A stretch of 46,859 nt of DNA from Betaproteobacteria bacterium RIFCSPLOWO2_02_FULL_68_150 (lineage in GTDB: Bacteria > Pseudomonadota > Gammaproteobacteria > Burkholderiales > SG8-39), in the NCBI GenBank assembly GCA_001771975.1, contig MERE01000029.1:1-46859 (forward strand), written 5' to 3'. The translations under genes were made by a program, and so were the position numbers. Positions 46,392-46,859 of the stretch are shown here, in pieces (the first letter of the stretch is position 1; each line of letters opens with the position of its first letter). A model generated the notes under the pieces. It did not search any database. It had not been told where the DNA came from and worked only from the letters and a program-made list of their open reading frames with translations.

Positions 46392-46859
46392 AGCGCAGGA
46401 GCGATCTTTACAATCAGTTCACCGACGCCGTCGATGCCGGCGTGCAAGGCGTCGCCGGGACTGACCGGCCCCACGCCTGCGGGCGTGCCGCTGAAGATCA
46501 GGTCGCCGGGCTCGAGCGTGTAGTACTGCGAGAGATACTCGATCTGCTCGGGCACCGACCAGATCATGTCGGCGAGGTCCGCGCGCTGGCGCTCCTTGCC
46601 GTTTACCGTGAGCCAGATCGCGCCCTTCCCCGGATGGCCGATGCGCGCCGCCGGCGCGAGCGCGCCGCACGGCGCCGCCTCGTCGAAATCCTTGCCGAAA
46701 TCCCACGGCCGGCCCTTGGCCTTGCCGATCTGCTGCAGATCGCGCCGCGTCATGTCGAGGCCGACTGCGTAGCCGAAGATGTGCTCGTTGGCGTTGCGCG
46801 CTGCGATGCGCCGGCCCTGGCGCGCGATCGCGACCACCATTTCGGTTTCATAGTGGTAG
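46388..46859 (-). CDS. Fumarylacetoacetate hydrolase family protein, 5' end outside the window
   Basis: The frame stays open to the window edge (...YHYETEMVVAI...). FAH-fold segments FGYAVGLDMTRRDLQ and GDLIFSGTPAGVG. The track's ATG at 46840 is internal. Confidence 0.85.
   Translation of the reverse strand, partial: YHYETEMVVAIARQGRRIAARNANEHIFGYAVGLDMTRRDLQQIGKAKGRPWDFGKDFDEAAPCGALAPAARIGHPGKGAIWLTVNGKERQRADLADMIWSVPEQIEYLSQYYTLEPGDLIFSGTPAGVGPVSPGDALHAGIDGVGELIVKIAPAL

Overview
High-GC (about two-thirds G+C by eye) origin-proximal core chromosome with essentially no unassigned coding space. All coordinates, motif matches and base counts below were done by hand, with no database searches.

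Gene order:
- Minus strand: atpC (partial), atpD, G, A, H, F, E, B, I, then parB-parA-rsmG-mnmG.
- A three-gene wedge follows: MFS transporter (+), class-III aminotransferase and GTP-PEPCK (both -).
- Minus strand again: mnmE-yidC-yidD-rnpA-rpmH.
- The strand switches at rpmH|dnaA, giving dnaA-dnaN-gyrB (+).
- topB-dprA-LysM protein (-) converge on gyrB.
- A tightly packed plus-strand run of about 9.6 kb: def-fmt-rsmB-DUF4390-ntrY-ntrX-trkA-trkH.
- A 31-aa THX-like ribosomal protein and metH (-).
- Rhodanese, a second MFS transporter and a hotdog thioesterase (+).
- maiA and a 5'-truncated FAH-family gene (-).

The layout looks betaproteobacterial: dnaA-dnaN-gyrB without recF, and DUF4390-ntrYX between rsmB and trkA. 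That is inference only.

I saw no tRNA or rRNA genes, CRISPR array, transposase or integrase, phage genes, or recognisable defence or secretion module. I do not think this window holds a novel multi-gene system.

Things worth a second look are smaller:
- a pair of parS sites in the mnmG upstream spacer
- an mnmG whose first ~570 codons have clearly foreign-looking codon usage (possible mosaic allele)
- an unresolved oriC position (one perfect DnaA box on each side of dnaA, AT-rich tandem 10-mers before dnaN)
- terminator-like leader hairpins directly in front of metH and pckG
- an NtrX-like regulator with a decayed AAA+ domain
- a THX gene translationally nested behind metH
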